In this document: positions 26,444-39,777 of the stretch, one piece after another | How the letters are laid out: the number at the start of each line of letters is the position of its first letter | Numbering within the stretch: the first letter of the stretch is position 1 | NCBI GenBank assembly: GCA_973895155.1 | Contig: OZ316898.1 | Location: 14,910,330 to 14,974,329 of the forward strand | Direction of reading: 5' to 3' | DNA: 64,000 nt | From: Marsupella aquatica | Lineage: Eukaryota; Plantae; Marchantiophyta | Notes under the pieces: model-generated | What the model was told of the DNA's origin: nothing | The model's input: the letters and a program-made list of their open reading frames with translations, nothing else | Databases searched by the model: none | Translations under genes and position numbers: made by a program

Positions 26444-26963
26444 GATGACTACTCCGCTGAGCTCAAAGAATGAGGGTGTTCCGATGGACGATTTTGAAGG
26501 TTCGACGTATCAAATTTGTGGTACTCCTTACAGAATGTGTTAGCGATGTAATATAATATTTACGGTGACTAAATCTGGTCAAATGTTTTGTGAGAGACGA
26601 CATTGTTCGCCACATTTGTCGATGGAAGATCAGATGGAGAGCAATCTGACAGAGATGACTACAAAGATGGCATCAGGGGAGAAGTTAAAGGGCAAAGCCC
26701 TCGTCGAATCCGTTTCGGGGGGGAAGAAGTTGAAGGCCAAAGCATGCGTCGAATCCATTTCGGGGGAAGCAACAGCAGACGCTAAGATTGTCAAGAAGGA
26801 GGCCAAGAAAATGGACGCACCAAAGAAAAGGCAATTAGAGATGAACGAAGATTCTGATTTATATTACAGAAAGAGCAAGCCAAGAAAATCTATGGACGTT
26901 AGGACTTGGGCCTCGGGGGTTTCACTTCCACAAAAATGGCACATCATGTGCGACGAAGGATAG
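26444..26963 (+). CDS. Small Lys/Glu-rich hypothetical protein, probably two exons
   Basis: ORF 26565-26963 with an internal KLK(G/A)KA.VES.SG repeat. Upstream ATG exon and TATA-like AGTATAAA at ~26308. Confidence 0.35.
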
Positions 26964-27535
26964 GGTCATTTTATTGGTTTGAAGGGAAGACTTAAGAATT
27001 TTTGTAGATGAACAATAGGGTCTTTTAAATTCAATTTTGAGACTTATAAGAACATTAGGGTCTTTCTAACCAAAATTTTGGAATATTTCAAGAATATTCC
27101 AACTTTATAGGGGTTGAAAAATAATATTTTTTCTTACATTTTAGGGGGTCTGAGGCCTAAAAACGTCGCAGGGGATGGGGAGGCATCCATATAGTGAGAC
27201 CCCCGAGACTTGGGCAAAGGAAGAATTCCTGGATTCAAGGGAATCCACACCAGACATCGATGAGTGGATGCCTTCATCTTGGAATGACTGACTCGATCGA
27301 AGTCTACAATATTTTGAGTAGTCAAAGATTAGAACTATAGATTCAAGAGTAGTTCAAGTTAGAACTTGTTATAGATACTGTGTAGCTTAATTTTGTCCCG
27401 TGGAAAATAGTGTTCAAAAGACCAGGTCAGTTAAATTCCTGGATAGTGCTAGTGGATATGGATTCCACATCCGAAGTCCTTCGGGATCGATGTAACCATT
27501 TTTGCAATCAAGGAAAAATCATCCACGAGATTCCT

Positions 27536-29700
27536 CTGACCTCTAAAACATTAACGCGACCGGGCGCGTGATGAAACGAAGACGTTGGTTTTAAAATAGA
27601 TTTCTGGCCAATTCGCTAGGCTGTCAACTACAATAAACAATATCAAAAGACCTGAGATAAATTGGTTCACGCGACTGTGCGCGAGATGAACTACATGTGT
27701 AACCGAAAAAATAGGTCATCCAACTAACAAGTTGAGATCAGTCAGATCTGAGAAATAAAGTGCGATTATGTTTAAGAGTGCAAAGCTTTTGCTGACCTCT
27801 AAAACATTAACGCGACCGGGCGCGTGATGATACAAAGACTTTGGTTTCAGAATAGATTGCTGGCCAATTCGCTAGGCTGTCGACTACAATAAACAATATC
27901 AAAAGACCTGAGATAAATTGGTTCACGCGACTGTGCGCATGACGAACTACATGTGTAACCAAAAAAACTGGTCATCCTACTAACAAGTTGAGATAAGGCA
28001 GATCTGAGAAATAAAGGGCGATTACGTCTAAGAGTGCAGAGCTTTCGCTGACCTCTAAAACATTAACGCTGTGACACCTGAATTTTTCGCAAAATCAATG
28101 GAAGATGTAAATAAGATGCAAAGTTCACGAATTAATTGCATTTTGGTACCCAAATGCCCAACTTTACCTTGCTGACAATACTTATGAAGGATGCTTCAAA
28201 GAGGTGTCCCATGGAGACCAAACTTATGTATTTCAAAGATAGATTTTTGTTACCCATATACCCTAGTTATTTAGTGATCTTTTTCTACCTTAGTTTAGTA
28301 CTCAATTTTTATTACCTTTTTTTTCTAAGTTTTGAAAAGGCATGACTTTTCATTTCCCCTTTTTATGCTCCACTTAGACCTATAAGATTATTGTTTTCCT
28401 TTGTGTTTTTCAGTGAAGCTTGTATTCAGTATTGCAAACTTTTGCAAGTTTCCCTCCTTCCTTTGTAATCATTGCTTTCGAGAATGATTTATGAATGAAG
28501 TAAAACACTTCCTTTGTGATGTAATGAATTTATTTCAAAAGATTCCTGTTGGTGCCTGAGTTTTCATTACAGATTTCCAAGATCAGATGAATTCAAATTA
28601 GGATTACTTGTGGGTCAAGGATCGCTAGGAATTCAATGATAAATGTGGATAAAAAGGAGCAAGATTCTGATTTCAGAATAGTTAGTACCGTTACCCATAC
28701 TTTGGCATACCCACTAGTGATAGATCGGAGTTGCGTATCGCCGAAGTTCTATCCATGTTGACGGCATTTTAGTGAGTATCATTGTATCGGTCACCAGAAA
28801 GCTACTTTGGTGTTGGTGAGCAATTATCCTTTCTGTTTATATTTTCATGGTGATGGAGAAGAGCAATTGAGGCAAGATTTGTTGCAATCTTGTTAACACA
28901 ATAAGACCAGAATCCTTTTTGAAGGAGTAGCAGTGGAGATTCAATCCATTGGACCTTGGTTCTAAAAGCTTTTCCATAATCCATGACTTGGGAATTAATC
29001 TTTTTTGTTCATTTTGTTAGTTTATCCATTTGTTTCTCTTTTGTCTGAAGATTTGGTTGAGTGATACTCTTAAGTCTTCAAAACAATTACAATCATTCAA
29101 TTCATTCTTATTTTGTTCTTAAAGGGATCGAAACCTTGGTCTTTAAGTGAAAAGTGTCACTTTTGATTCTTCTTGCTATACCACAAACGCGACCGGGCGC
29201 GTGATGAAACAAAGACCTCGATTTTAAAATAGATTGCTGGCCAATTTGCTAGGTTGTCGACTACAATAAACAATATAAAAAAACACGAGATAAATTGGTT
29301 CACGCGACTATGCGCGTGATGAACTACATGTGTAACCAAAAAATTAGGTCATCCTACTAACAAGTTGAGATCAGGCAGATCTGAGAAATAAAGGGCTATT
29401 ACGTCTAAGAGTGCAGAGCTTTTGCTGACCTCTAAAATATTAACGCGACCAGGCGCGTGATGATACGAAGACTTTGGTTTTAGAATAGATTTATGGCCAA
29501 TTTGCTAGGCTGTCGACTACAATAAACTATATCAAAAGACCTAAGATAAATTGGTTCACGCGACTATGCGTGTGATGAACTACATGTGTAACCGAAAAAT
29601 CAGGTCATCCTACTAACAAGTTGAGATCAGTCTGATCTGAGAAATGGACCTCGATTACGTTTCATTTCGCTAGGCCGTTGACTACAATAAACAATAGCAA
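27536..29700. repeat. 256-bp tandem array, ~4 copies, two motif-A palindromes per unit, interrupted by a solo LTR
   Basis: Unit start CTGACCTCTAAAA at 27536, 27792, 28048 and 29425 (= 28048 + 256 + 1116 + 5). Confidence 0.93.
28070..29185. mobile_element. Solo LTR, 1116 bp
   Basis: TGTG...CACA termini and 5-bp TSD AACGC (28065-28069, 29186-29190). Removing it restores the 256-bp period exactly. Confidence 0.92.
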
Positions 29701-29899
29701 AACGTACGGACAACTATACTTGAACGCCATACAATTTTAGACTAGAGAATTCATTCAGATCCTCTACTAGTACTTTTGATACATTACTTCTGTATTGGAC
29801 TTGAAACACGGATTGATCAAAATCGGAGTGAGAAATTGGACCATAACTTCATTGACTCAATTCATGCATTGAATGCGTGATTTAAGGCAACTACTCTCC

Positions 29900-31830
29900 T
29901 CATTTATTGCGGAATTAATGCTGATTGATACTTACAAGTTATTCAGTTGCGTGTGGTCTCAACGATGTTGGCGGCAACCCTTTGATGTTGGCGGCAACCC
30001 TCCTCCCAGCCAAGCCTCTTCCTTCCAGCGTAGCCTCCTCCTCATCCCAGCCAACTAAGCCTCCTCCTTCAAACTCCAATTTCCTTGAGTATCATGACCG
30101 AATCCCACCACCAGAGAATGACAACTTGTTGATCGTATCGAGATCAAAATCCTTGACCAGACAGTGATTTCAGAATAGCCGCTCTTTGTTGGTCCGCTAG
30201 AATGCTTTGATGAATGAGGCAGACTATGGAGGTTCTAAATCTTTGTCATCTCGCTTTGTCGCAACTCTCTCCCGCTTGATCGGATGTGCCCTCCCCAAGA
30301 AGGTGATACAACAAGAACTACGCCAGCGTTGCTTGAATGAGCTCCGCCTCCGACTGGAATAGTCAAATGATCCAATCTGCTCCACCTCAAATGTGCCTTG
30401 GATCAGCCTCCGCTGAGAGCCCAGCTAGTATCCTGGTCAAGAGAAACTGAAAATGAAGAATGATCCGTGAGCAATGAGATCAATCTATTGACTCCATGAA
30501 GGATGTGTTCATCTGGACTCGATTTTGATTTTGAAAATTGGTTGAGTCTCCAGTCGTGAGAATCATTGTACAGGATTGATTTTGAGTATCGGTTCTCCCC
30601 GACCGTGAGAATCGTTTTACGTTGTTTAGAGTTTGGGTTTGAATTGGCAAGATAGAGAGTGGAGTACGGATCCGGATCCGACGGTCTCCACTACCAAAAT
30701 GGAATGATTTTGAAGTTCGCCTCCACTACGTGATGGAACGATCGTGAGAAAGTTGTCGTTTGTTCACATTTTGGATTTGAATTGGCAGATATAGTGAAGA
30801 TACGGATCCGGATCCGGGGGTCCCCACTAACAATCGTTCGCAGTTGCATAATTACCGGTTTAAATTTCAAATTGGTGATCAAATAGAAATCTCCTTTAGT
30901 ACGGCAAATCAAAAGGAATTCGGTAATCTTTTTTTCATGATTGCCTAGTTTGTTGAGTCGATGGTGGAGTGTACGGAGATCATCTAGAACCTTCCTATCG
31001 CTAGGCTGTTATTAGGGTTATGCTAAAACGATACCCTAATTAGTCCTTCCTTAGTGTCGGTGCCCACGGTCTCAAGTTCACTGTTCATTGTTGTTGTTTC
31101 TCGCTCCCTAGACTTTCGTGCGCCTGCTCTCGTTGCTCTCGCTCTCGCTCCTGCCCTGGATTTCATTTTTGTTGTTGCAGCTCATTCGTTGTGGTCAGAT
31201 GCTTGTCGGCGCGTTGCAGCTCTTAGTAGTTATCGATCGTTTCGACCAGGAGCTCGTTGGCGCATTGCAGCTCGCATTTACAGCTCGTATTCACTTTTAG
31301 TTTGCTCGAAGGGATTCTTAGGAGCTCGTTGGGTTTGTTGCAGCTAGTTTTTTGGGAGTGCTTGTATCAGCTCGTGTCAGCCAATTTTAAGCTCATATCA
31401 GCTCGATCAACGTGTTTCAGCAGCTCGGACTACTTTTTGGCAGCTTGTTTCAACTCCTTTCATTCATCATTCAGGTTTGTTTCAGCTCTTTCAATCTTCA
31501 GGTTTAGTGCGCTTTTATTCATGCTCAGTTTGTCTATCGACAACTTTGATTGTACTTCTGGAAGAGTCTTTTTAACTCGACATAATGAGTTCCTTAGCTT
31601 AAGCACATGTTATTCAATTGGCAGCAGCGAAGCTCTATGTATAGAAGTATAGAAGTTGTGTTGTTGTTGCTTAGCATATTAATATCTTCAATCTTATATT
31701 TACTTTCTGGAATGCTGCAGCAAGGTCTTCAAGTGCTTGGACGTCAATCTCTCAGACGATTACATCAATTTTTTAGAATTCAGGTGCAATTTCTATATTT
31801 TCTGCTGGTGTTGATTGTTGTTTGCTAAAA
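29900..31830 (-). pseudogene. Decayed coiled-coil-rich coding sequence
   Basis: Minus strand shows E/Q/L/K-rich repeated segments (GAGCTGCAA-type) broken by many stops. No family recognised. Confidence 0.3.
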
Positions 31831-32269
31831 TTTCTCTTGATTGTTAAGTTGAGTTTTCATAATGCAATTTTTTTGTAAACTCAAATATGTCTGAATCATA
31901 CAAACTCACTAATTAAAATACAACCTGAATCGTCTTAAGTAAGTCATTACAAACCTGCACGCTGTGAATTTATCATATAAACTCTCATGTTATGTGAATC
32001 TCATTACACTGAATCCTTTAATTGACGAATACAACCAGTAGACTGCTAAATTGAATCATCTTAGCTGAATCATTCTCTAAACTGAATTCCTTGCAATATG
32101 AAAACTTCTGATATATAATAGTTTCACAATGACAAAGCTCAAACATCTGAATTATTGTATAGTTCATGAATGAATACAAATGAATGAAATCATGCTTACT
32201 CGGATTTCCTTGTCCGTACGGGTCAATAATCACAGTTGTATCACTGTATTATCCTAGTGTCCAAAAGTT

Positions 32270-33215
32270 GTTTGAGCTGTTGACGCGACCAGTCGTGTGA
32301 AAATATTGTGAGGTTCCATTTAGGATCAGTTGACGCGACCAGTCACGTCTGAGGTAGCTCTCTCATTGACTGGTTCTGTTAGAGGAGGTAAGGTTCCTTT
32401 TAGGACCAGTTGACGCGACCAGTCGCATGTGAGAAGGAAACATGATAGATTTACTGAGCGTGTACCATATCCAAATCTCCACAAGAAAGGTTCAATGGAT
32501 ATAGTTGTTTAGGTTCAGTTGACGTGACCAGTCGCATCTGAGGTAGCTCTCTCATTGACTGGTTCTGTTAGAGGAGGTAATGTTCTTTTTAGGACCAGTT
32601 GATGCGACCAGTCGCGTGTGAGAAAGAAACAGGATAGATTATTGAGCGCGTACCATATCCAAATCTCCACAACAAAGGTTCAGTGGATATAGTTGTTTAG
32701 GTTCAGTTGACACGACTAGTCGCATGTGAGGTAGATCTCTCATTGACTGGTTTTGTTAGAGGAGATAACGTTCCATTTAGGATCAGTTGACGCGACCAGT
32801 CGCGTCTAAGGTAGCTCTCTCATTGACTGGTTCTGTTAGAGGAGGTAAGGTTCCATTTGGGATCAGTTGACGCGACCAGTCGCGTGTGAGAAGGAAACAG
32901 GATAGATTATTGAGCGCGTACCATATCCAAATCTCCACAAGGAAGGTTCAGTGGATATAGTTGTTTATGTTCAGTTGACGTGACCAGTCGCGTCTGACAT
33001 AGATCTCTCATTGACTAGTTCTGTTAGAGAAGGTAACGTTCCATTTAGGATCAGTTGATGCGACCAGTCGCGTGTGAGGTAGCTCTCTCATTGACTGGTT
33101 TTGTTAGAGGACGAAGCAACATTTATGATTTGTCACGTTGTGACCCGAAAAAATCACAGTCTCTCAAAGAATTGTTTATATATTCTGATTTGTAGACGCG
33201 ACCAGTCGCATGGAA
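32270..33215. repeat. Composite array of ~80-bp and ~108-bp subunits with ~11 copies of GACGCGACCAGTCGCGT
   Basis: Motif at about 32282, 32331, 32411, 32520, 32600, 32708, 32788, 32868, 32976, 33056 and 33195. Confidence 0.92.
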
Positions 33216-33358
33216 ATCATCCCTGGGATATATCATTTGGCTGAAAAGAGTCATCGGCGAACCTGGTCTGGAGAGCTTCAGATCTATGCCCAATATTTGA
33301 CGTTTTGGACAGAAGCCAAGATGGTCTACTGGCGGGATATTCTGTATTTGTTGAAACA

Positions 33359-33805
33359 CTACTACCTGGACTTCCAGATTTCATTGTCGCGGAATTGATA
33401 TGACCTTGGATCAAGGAGTCGTTGAATTCCTCGGCTAATGCAGGAAATTTCTCAATAAAGGAATTAGATGAGTTTGTAGGACTATCTTCGGTGTGTCGCA
33501 GATGGCGCCACCTTGTTGGGAATACCTATCTTCTGGGTGTAATCAAGTTGAGTTTATTAGATTTGGCTTTCCTAGGAAATCCTACTAAATCGATCAAAAT
33601 GAGTCTCTCTCATCGACAGTTCAAAGTTTCTTCCAGAAATACCCAAGAATTAAATTCATGGGGTCAATGTCTAGAGATCTTAGGGAACTCTTCACGAAGA
33701 CTTACGATGCTCTTCACCCTCTTGAAAAATGGAAATTTACAGTTAGATGCCACGAAGTTGGATACCTTGAGGGTGACATCTACGCTTTTAAGGAATGCTA
33801 GTTAA
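33359..33805 (+). pseudogene. Split F-box-like protein A1
   Basis: LLPGLPDFIVAELI*PWI (TGG>TGA) followed by LSSVCRRWRHLV. Confidence 0.6.
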
Positions 33806-33866
33806 CTTACGCGACCAGGCGCGTCGTATGTCTTTTAACAATGTTTTGTGATATGATAAAAGCAGG

Positions 33867-34433
33867 ATGAGCCAACTTTTGAATGAGGCTCGAGATTTCC
33901 TTTCATCTCATGAAAGGAAACAGAAAACAATATGGGATATGGTGGATGAAACCTCCTCTAGTCTCATTGGAGGAATACCAGATGTTTTGGTCATTTCAAA
34001 CATTTGGCCAATACTCTACAAACACTTTATTTCAATTGAAGGATTGCATCGATATCGACACCCCGATAACGATTTGGTTATCGATAGGGTCCGAGACCTT
34101 ATTTGGCTTGGAGCTTGTAGCAAGAAGTGGAACTTTTTAGTTACAAATACAAGGTTATGGGCTATCCTCAAACGAGCAAACCGGATTATCGATGACGCAA
34201 ATGAAGCACTTTACGACATACCCAAAACTGACGAGTTGGAGTTTGACTCAGTCTGTCGAGTTATTCGAGAGGATATTTCTATGTTTCCAGAAATATCTGT
34301 TCTTGGGACTACTACTTCTGACAAAATTGCATTGTTTACGAACAAATATAACTATTTAGATGAGGAAGAACGAGATGTTCTAATTGAAAGGTTTGGTAGA
34401 TTTTCTCAGAATCTAGGTGGTCCCAGTTCTTAA
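33867..34433 (+). CDS. Split F-box-like protein A2
   Basis: LIGGIPDVLVISNIWPIL ... LGACSKKWNFLVTNTRLW; open ORF. Confidence 0.65.
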   Translation: MSQLLNEARDFLSSHERKQKTIWDMVDETSSSLIGGIPDVLVISNIWPILYKHFISIEGLHRYRHPDNDLVIDRVRDLIWLGACSKKWNFLVTNTRLWAILKRANRIIDDANEALYDIPKTDELEFDSVCRVIREDISMFPEISVLGTTTSDKIALFTNKYNYLDEEERDVLIERFGRFSQNLGGPSS

Positions 34434-34467
34434 TGGATAGGTTCTTGTTCTTAATCTTTTCCATATT

Positions 34468-34998
34468 ATGTTGCAGTCCTTTGACATGAATCAAAAATCT
34501 CATCATCAAATGATGATGGAGCGCATTGCACATGCAAAGGTTATGAACCAAAACATGATATGGAGTCAAGCTGAAGACCTGATACCCGGTCTTCCGGACG
34601 ATATTGTCGAGAAATATATTTGGGCATTAGTCAAAGAGTTTTTCCATTGTCTTATGAATTTGTTGGATAATGCAATTAAAAATCGGGTCATGGACTTGAT
34701 CGCCATTCGAATAGTCAATAAGAAGTGGTGCCACATAGTTACTTATAGTAGTACTTGGGCGACGATCACCTTGGTAGCTTACGACTTCACTGATAGACCA
34801 GGATATGAATCGCTTCGAAGGAATTTGACTTCACGGAGTGTAGCATTCAGATTTACAGAATCCATCAGAACTCTCCCGCCGCTGGACATTCTGGGTGGAT
34901 TTGAAGGATCTGAACTTGACACGTTTAGGAACCTTTGGTTTTGGTTAGATGAAGATGAGCGAGAGGATTGGGTCAGGATAAACGTTCCTAAAATGTAA
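34468..34998 (+). CDS. Split F-box-like protein A3
   Basis: LIPGLPDDIVEKYIW ... IRIVNKKWCHIVTYSSTW; open ORF. Confidence 0.7.
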   Translation: MLQSFDMNQKSHHQMMMERIAHAKVMNQNMIWSQAEDLIPGLPDDIVEKYIWALVKEFFHCLMNLLDNAIKNRVMDLIAIRIVNKKWCHIVTYSSTWATITLVAYDFTDRPGYESLRRNLTSRSVAFRFTESIRTLPPLDILGGFEGSELDTFRNLWFWLDEDEREDWVRINVPKM

Positions 34999-35073
34999 TT
35001 TGGCACGACGCGACCATGCGCGTGTTAGTATTTTATAATAAACGTTTAACTTTCAATATTTGTCTATTTCATA

Positions 35074-37628
35074 ATGGATCCTACCAGAACTTCAAAGCGG
35101 AAAAGAGACTCATCTAAAGCTGCTTCTCGTAAGAAAGCCAAGACAAAAATGACTCCTGCGGAGACATCCATACTTGCATATCGAGGAAAGTCAATCACAG
35201 AGAGAACAATGGAGACAAAGAGTATCCATCTCTTTGATTCGACTGAGATATCCGATTTTGGAATAGTCGTTCGCAATGGGGCTGTCCGTCTTGAGGTGGC
35301 AAAAAATGATAAAGCTACAGTTTTGGAGAGATCACAAATTCTTGGGTGTTTCTTTGAGAAGAACATGAAAGTTAAAGAGTGTACAGAGAGATTGGTTCTG
35401 CTAGTCAGCGACGACCAGTAGGAGGACAAAATAAGCATTTGTTTGGATCGAACGCAATATGTAACCTTCAATCAGCCCAGAATCAATGATCTTCTAGGTG
35501 CAAGGCACGCCTTGGAAAAGGTTACTAGTGTGGGATATCCTTCCAATCCTGAGGGATCAACGGGAGATTTGATTTGTCAATACATTATTGACGTACTTGA
35601 GTTCCAGAGAGTTCCTTTCAACCAGGGATTTTGCTTGGGAAAGGCCCCCCCAATGACCAAGGTTGAAGTATACTCGACGGAGAATCTTCCGAAAGTAATT
35701 ACCTCAGCGAATGTCAGGGCTCTGTTCGATTCTTTCCTCAAAGAATATAGTGCTGTGAATATATTTAACAGCAAGTCATTTTTTGTTGAGACATCACATT
35801 GTCATCTTGCACCGGACCACATCAAGTGCCAAGAGTGGAATCAAGATTACACAGATAGGCTAAAGAATTCACTCCTCTCTCATTCGGCTATAAAGTTTGA
35901 AAAGCGATGCTGCTTTTTAGTCCCTATGAAGTGGGTTCAGTCGAAGGCCGACAGAGATCTCGACTACAATGGGACGCCCTATGATTTGGCGCCAACGGAG
36001 GAGGACATTATGACCAGTCATTTTTGGATACTCACAGACCAGCACACAATAATGGCGTACAAATTGCTGAAAGAGGATGACAAAGTCAGCCAAGTTGTAC
36101 GAGACGCATGCGGTACTATAGAAGCTGTAATGTTTTGGGCAACGCTCAACAACGACAATAATGTTCATTTGATGGGACTATCGAAGGCTCTGAACCACTG
36201 TCATCAAACATCAATGGAAGAAGGACAATTTCTCACCATTGTATGACAGTGTCGTAATATCTGGAACTCATTTGGGCGGCCTGGATCACATTATCGTCAT
36301 CCAAATTGGAAGGTATATAAATAACCCTCTTCGATCACATTATCGTTTAAAATTTTGTCACGCAAACGGTCGCGTCAATCTTAGAACTTTTCTCACGCGA
36401 ACGGTCGCGTCAATCTTAGAATTGTCATGTTTCCATTGTTTTTCAGGTATTTATGAGAGCTACGAGTTTTGTTTGCCCATGGGCTCAAATGGGGAAGAAC
36501 AAAATGATGAAATTTGGAGAATTGGCTCCGTTTCTCTTTACAATGGAGGACAAAACATTCAAGAAGTGGATGGAGGTCTACAAACTATCAAGGACAGGAG
36601 AGCTTGTAATTTACAACGGAATTTTACAGAGGGACGCCGTCAAAATTGTGGATAATCCGTGTGCTTATCATCTTCTGAAGAAGACGTTCCGTTCTTGTCA
36701 AGGGTGCTCGGACTCGGTTCTTCGAAAGGTAGCGGAATATATGTTGAGCGGAAGACTATCTATACTCAAAAACTGAAGCATCAAAGTGAAATCTAGGAAG
36801 GCGAGGAAGTCCTCTGAGGCTCCGGTGTTGTCAACGACCAGCATGAGTTTGGAGCAATTTTGTATAAAGAAGAAGACGAAAGTTGAGTTTGAGATTTTAT
36901 TATTGAGTAAACTCAACGGGGATACATCCACCCGAACGGAGCTGAAAAGTCTGACAGATTCAGCGCGGAAATAGCGGGTTAAAGGAATGATTGATCGCTT
37001 TAAGCTCGACAAGATGGTGCTGAAGCAGTTGAGAGTTGCGCTGAGTGGTTATCTGAAGAAGTGCTTAAATGTAAATATTAGTAATGATAATTTATTGAAA
37101 GAGATCGACCCAATATTCTACAGGTTGGTGGAAGGAATACAGAAATCAGTTGATAGTCAAGGAAACCAACTAGTGCGGCCGGTCGGTGAGAGGCTGAAAT
37201 TGCGATCCCTGCAGGATATACAAAATGCTGGGTTTGCAGACTGTATCATACGTGCAGACAAGAACCTTGCGAGCTTGATTTATTTTGATTCCTCATCAAT
37301 GGGAGATTTGCGTCCGCCAAATTTCTCATTCTATGAGGGGTTATTTCGTGCTACTAGCGAGATAGGGGCAAAACCACACCATGTGGTTATTATTGTAGCC
37401 TCTCCCGTTGAGTCTTATTTAATCAAACGGGAATTAGGGAAGTACACACACTATGTTGTTGTCGATAGCCATTATATTCAGAAGCGGCCGAAGGAGAAGA
37501 AGCTTATTGTAACCTACACTTTTCACAACTTGGCCTTCAGCACAATGGACGATCCACAAGCCCTCGAGTTCCAATTGGTCTCCAAATATCGGATTGAGAA
37601 GATAGCCAATTTTGAAGGAGATAAGTAA
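35074..37628 (+). pseudogene. Cargo gene A, 5-prime part: ParB-like domain plus N-half of a degenerate N6/N4-MTase fold
   Basis: ParB-like VETSHCHLAPD...YTDRLKNSLL...FLVP...FWILTDQHTIMAYKLL. MTase-like FADCII...ASLIYFDSS (DPPY position) followed by FYEGLFRATSEIGAKPHHVVII. Interrupted at the TIR of element B. Confidence 0.55.
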
Positions 37629-38447
37629 CATCATCAGTTATCAGTGACTGATAACTGATATCAGTCACTGATATCAGTGAAGGGTCCATAGTGAGGGGAT
37701 GTGGGCGAGGTCTCTGACATTGGCAAGGATATGTCGGCGTACTCGCCAACATCATAAAATCATTCAAGCGGACCCAATATGTCCTTTCCGTACACATTAA
37801 TGCGACCAAATTAGAATGTCAGCGAGACCGCCGACTTGATCTTTACTATAATTGTTTTGGAAACTTCATACATTGTCTCTCCTTGGTGGGTTAGGCGCTA
37901 CGCTTGGCTGTTTTGTGTTGGGAAAAGATCTCTGCGAGGGTCGCCAACTTCACAAAGCTGCGTGCTCAAAACAAAGTTGTCTGCTCAAAACCGCAAAATG
38001 TGTCAGAGACCCTCGCCGAGTGTTGCATGGCATTGGCGATCTGACGTACGCTAGCATATCTCGGAGAAGGCCACCAAGATCTGGCCGAGTATCATCTCAG
38101 AGACCCTCACCGAGTTTTGCATGTCGGTGAGGTGGTCGACATTGGCGATCTGACGTACATCCAGCGATTTGACGTACCCCAGTATATCTCGGAGAAGGCC
38201 GCCGAGATCTGACCAAGATTCATCTCAGAGACCCAAGTTGAGTTCTGCATGTCGGCGAGGTAGCCGACATTGAAAAAACACCGTGCCAAACATGTTTATC
38301 GTGCAAATGTCAAGTAATTTATTAATCACAAACTCGTACAAAATTTGTCCATGTTACAAAATCTGAACCAAAACTACCAGGGGTGAGGATAAATTCTTCT
38401 AAACTAAACCTAAACCAACAATGGCGACCGACCTAAACCCTAAATGA

Positions 38448-39175
38448 TCAAATGTCATCACTATGAAGCCCGTACCCACTATCGGGATTGTTGCTCTCCC
38501 AACTCGCTACATCGTCACACCACAACAATGTGTGTAGCCTGTTCTCCACCCATAGCTTGACCCTTCCAAGCTCATCCTCGTCAAAGAAACTGTCATACAG
38601 ATCCCTCTCATATCTCTCTGTCCTCCAAACATAATATGCCACCCAAGACTTCAATGATATAGGTGACATCATCGCAAGGGCATCAATAGGAGGAATTTGA
38701 CGCAAGAGGACTCGAAACGTGGACGCGGTTGAGTGTCGAGTCCAATGTCGATTTTTAGATATGTTTTCAACAATGTCCAGCAGCACTTTTATGGCTGCCC
38801 ATCCCTTCGAGTGAGTCATTAGGAATCTCCATTTCCTACTAACTCTTGACAATACACGCATGTTGTTGATTGCGTTGAATGTAGCATTATCATCTCTGCC
38901 ATGAGCATTTGCACATTCAAATCTGTTTCAAAGTAGAGGCCAAATGTGTCCCTCCGTCAGATCATCCGGGAGGCCGGGGATGAGACTCTGCTTTCGGGCT
39001 TCCTGACTGCGCAATGGACAACGCATAGGCTCCCCCCAGAACTCCTGGGAGAACTCCATATTGACAACTTATCGGAAAGAGCTATCAATTTCAGCTCAGT
39101 AACGATCGTCCTGAACTTCTCAAGCCGTGCAGCGCACTTCTCATGATAACACCTCTGCGCATTGGAGCCTTCCAT
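38448..39175 (-). pseudogene. Split F-box-like protein B1
   Basis: SLIPGLPDDLTEGHIWPLL* ... LSRVSRKWRFLMTHSKGW; one stop and one frameshift. Confidence 0.65.
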
Positions 39176-39777
39176 GTTGAACAAGAGAATAGTGTCAAGT
39201 GGAGACCTCCATGATAAGGCAACCAAAGAGTGAATAGTGATATGGATGATTGACCTCACAAATTTTGCCCAAAACTTATGGTTTTATTGCTAGGAGTAGA
39301 TTAACTAAAAAAACATTGTCTAAATATTATGGGACTGTTCGATATATTACGGGGTCTCCTATCTGTTATCCATCTCAGAGAGGGTCTCTGAGATTTTGCG
39401 GATTGTGCCCGCCAATTTGTCAACACAATATAGAGACTTATCTCAGAGACTCTGACCGCTTCACGAGGACAAAAGTGATGGTAAACGACCTCTCCAAGAC
39501 ACATCTCAGAGACTCTCGCCAACATGAGAAGGACAATTGTGTACTGCTATGTATGTTGAAGAGGTCACTAACATAACGAGAACACCGCACTGAGATTCCG
39601 CTCAAAAAATTTAAACTTTTACTATTCAAATTTTTTTGTACAAAATTGTTCTAATTGGTCTATTACACAAAATTGGTCTAATTGTTCTAATTGGTCTATT
39701 ACACTAATGCAGGCTGATATTTGACATGGCATTCAATGTGGGCAAACAACTTTCACATTGGTGCTCAGTCAATGCCG

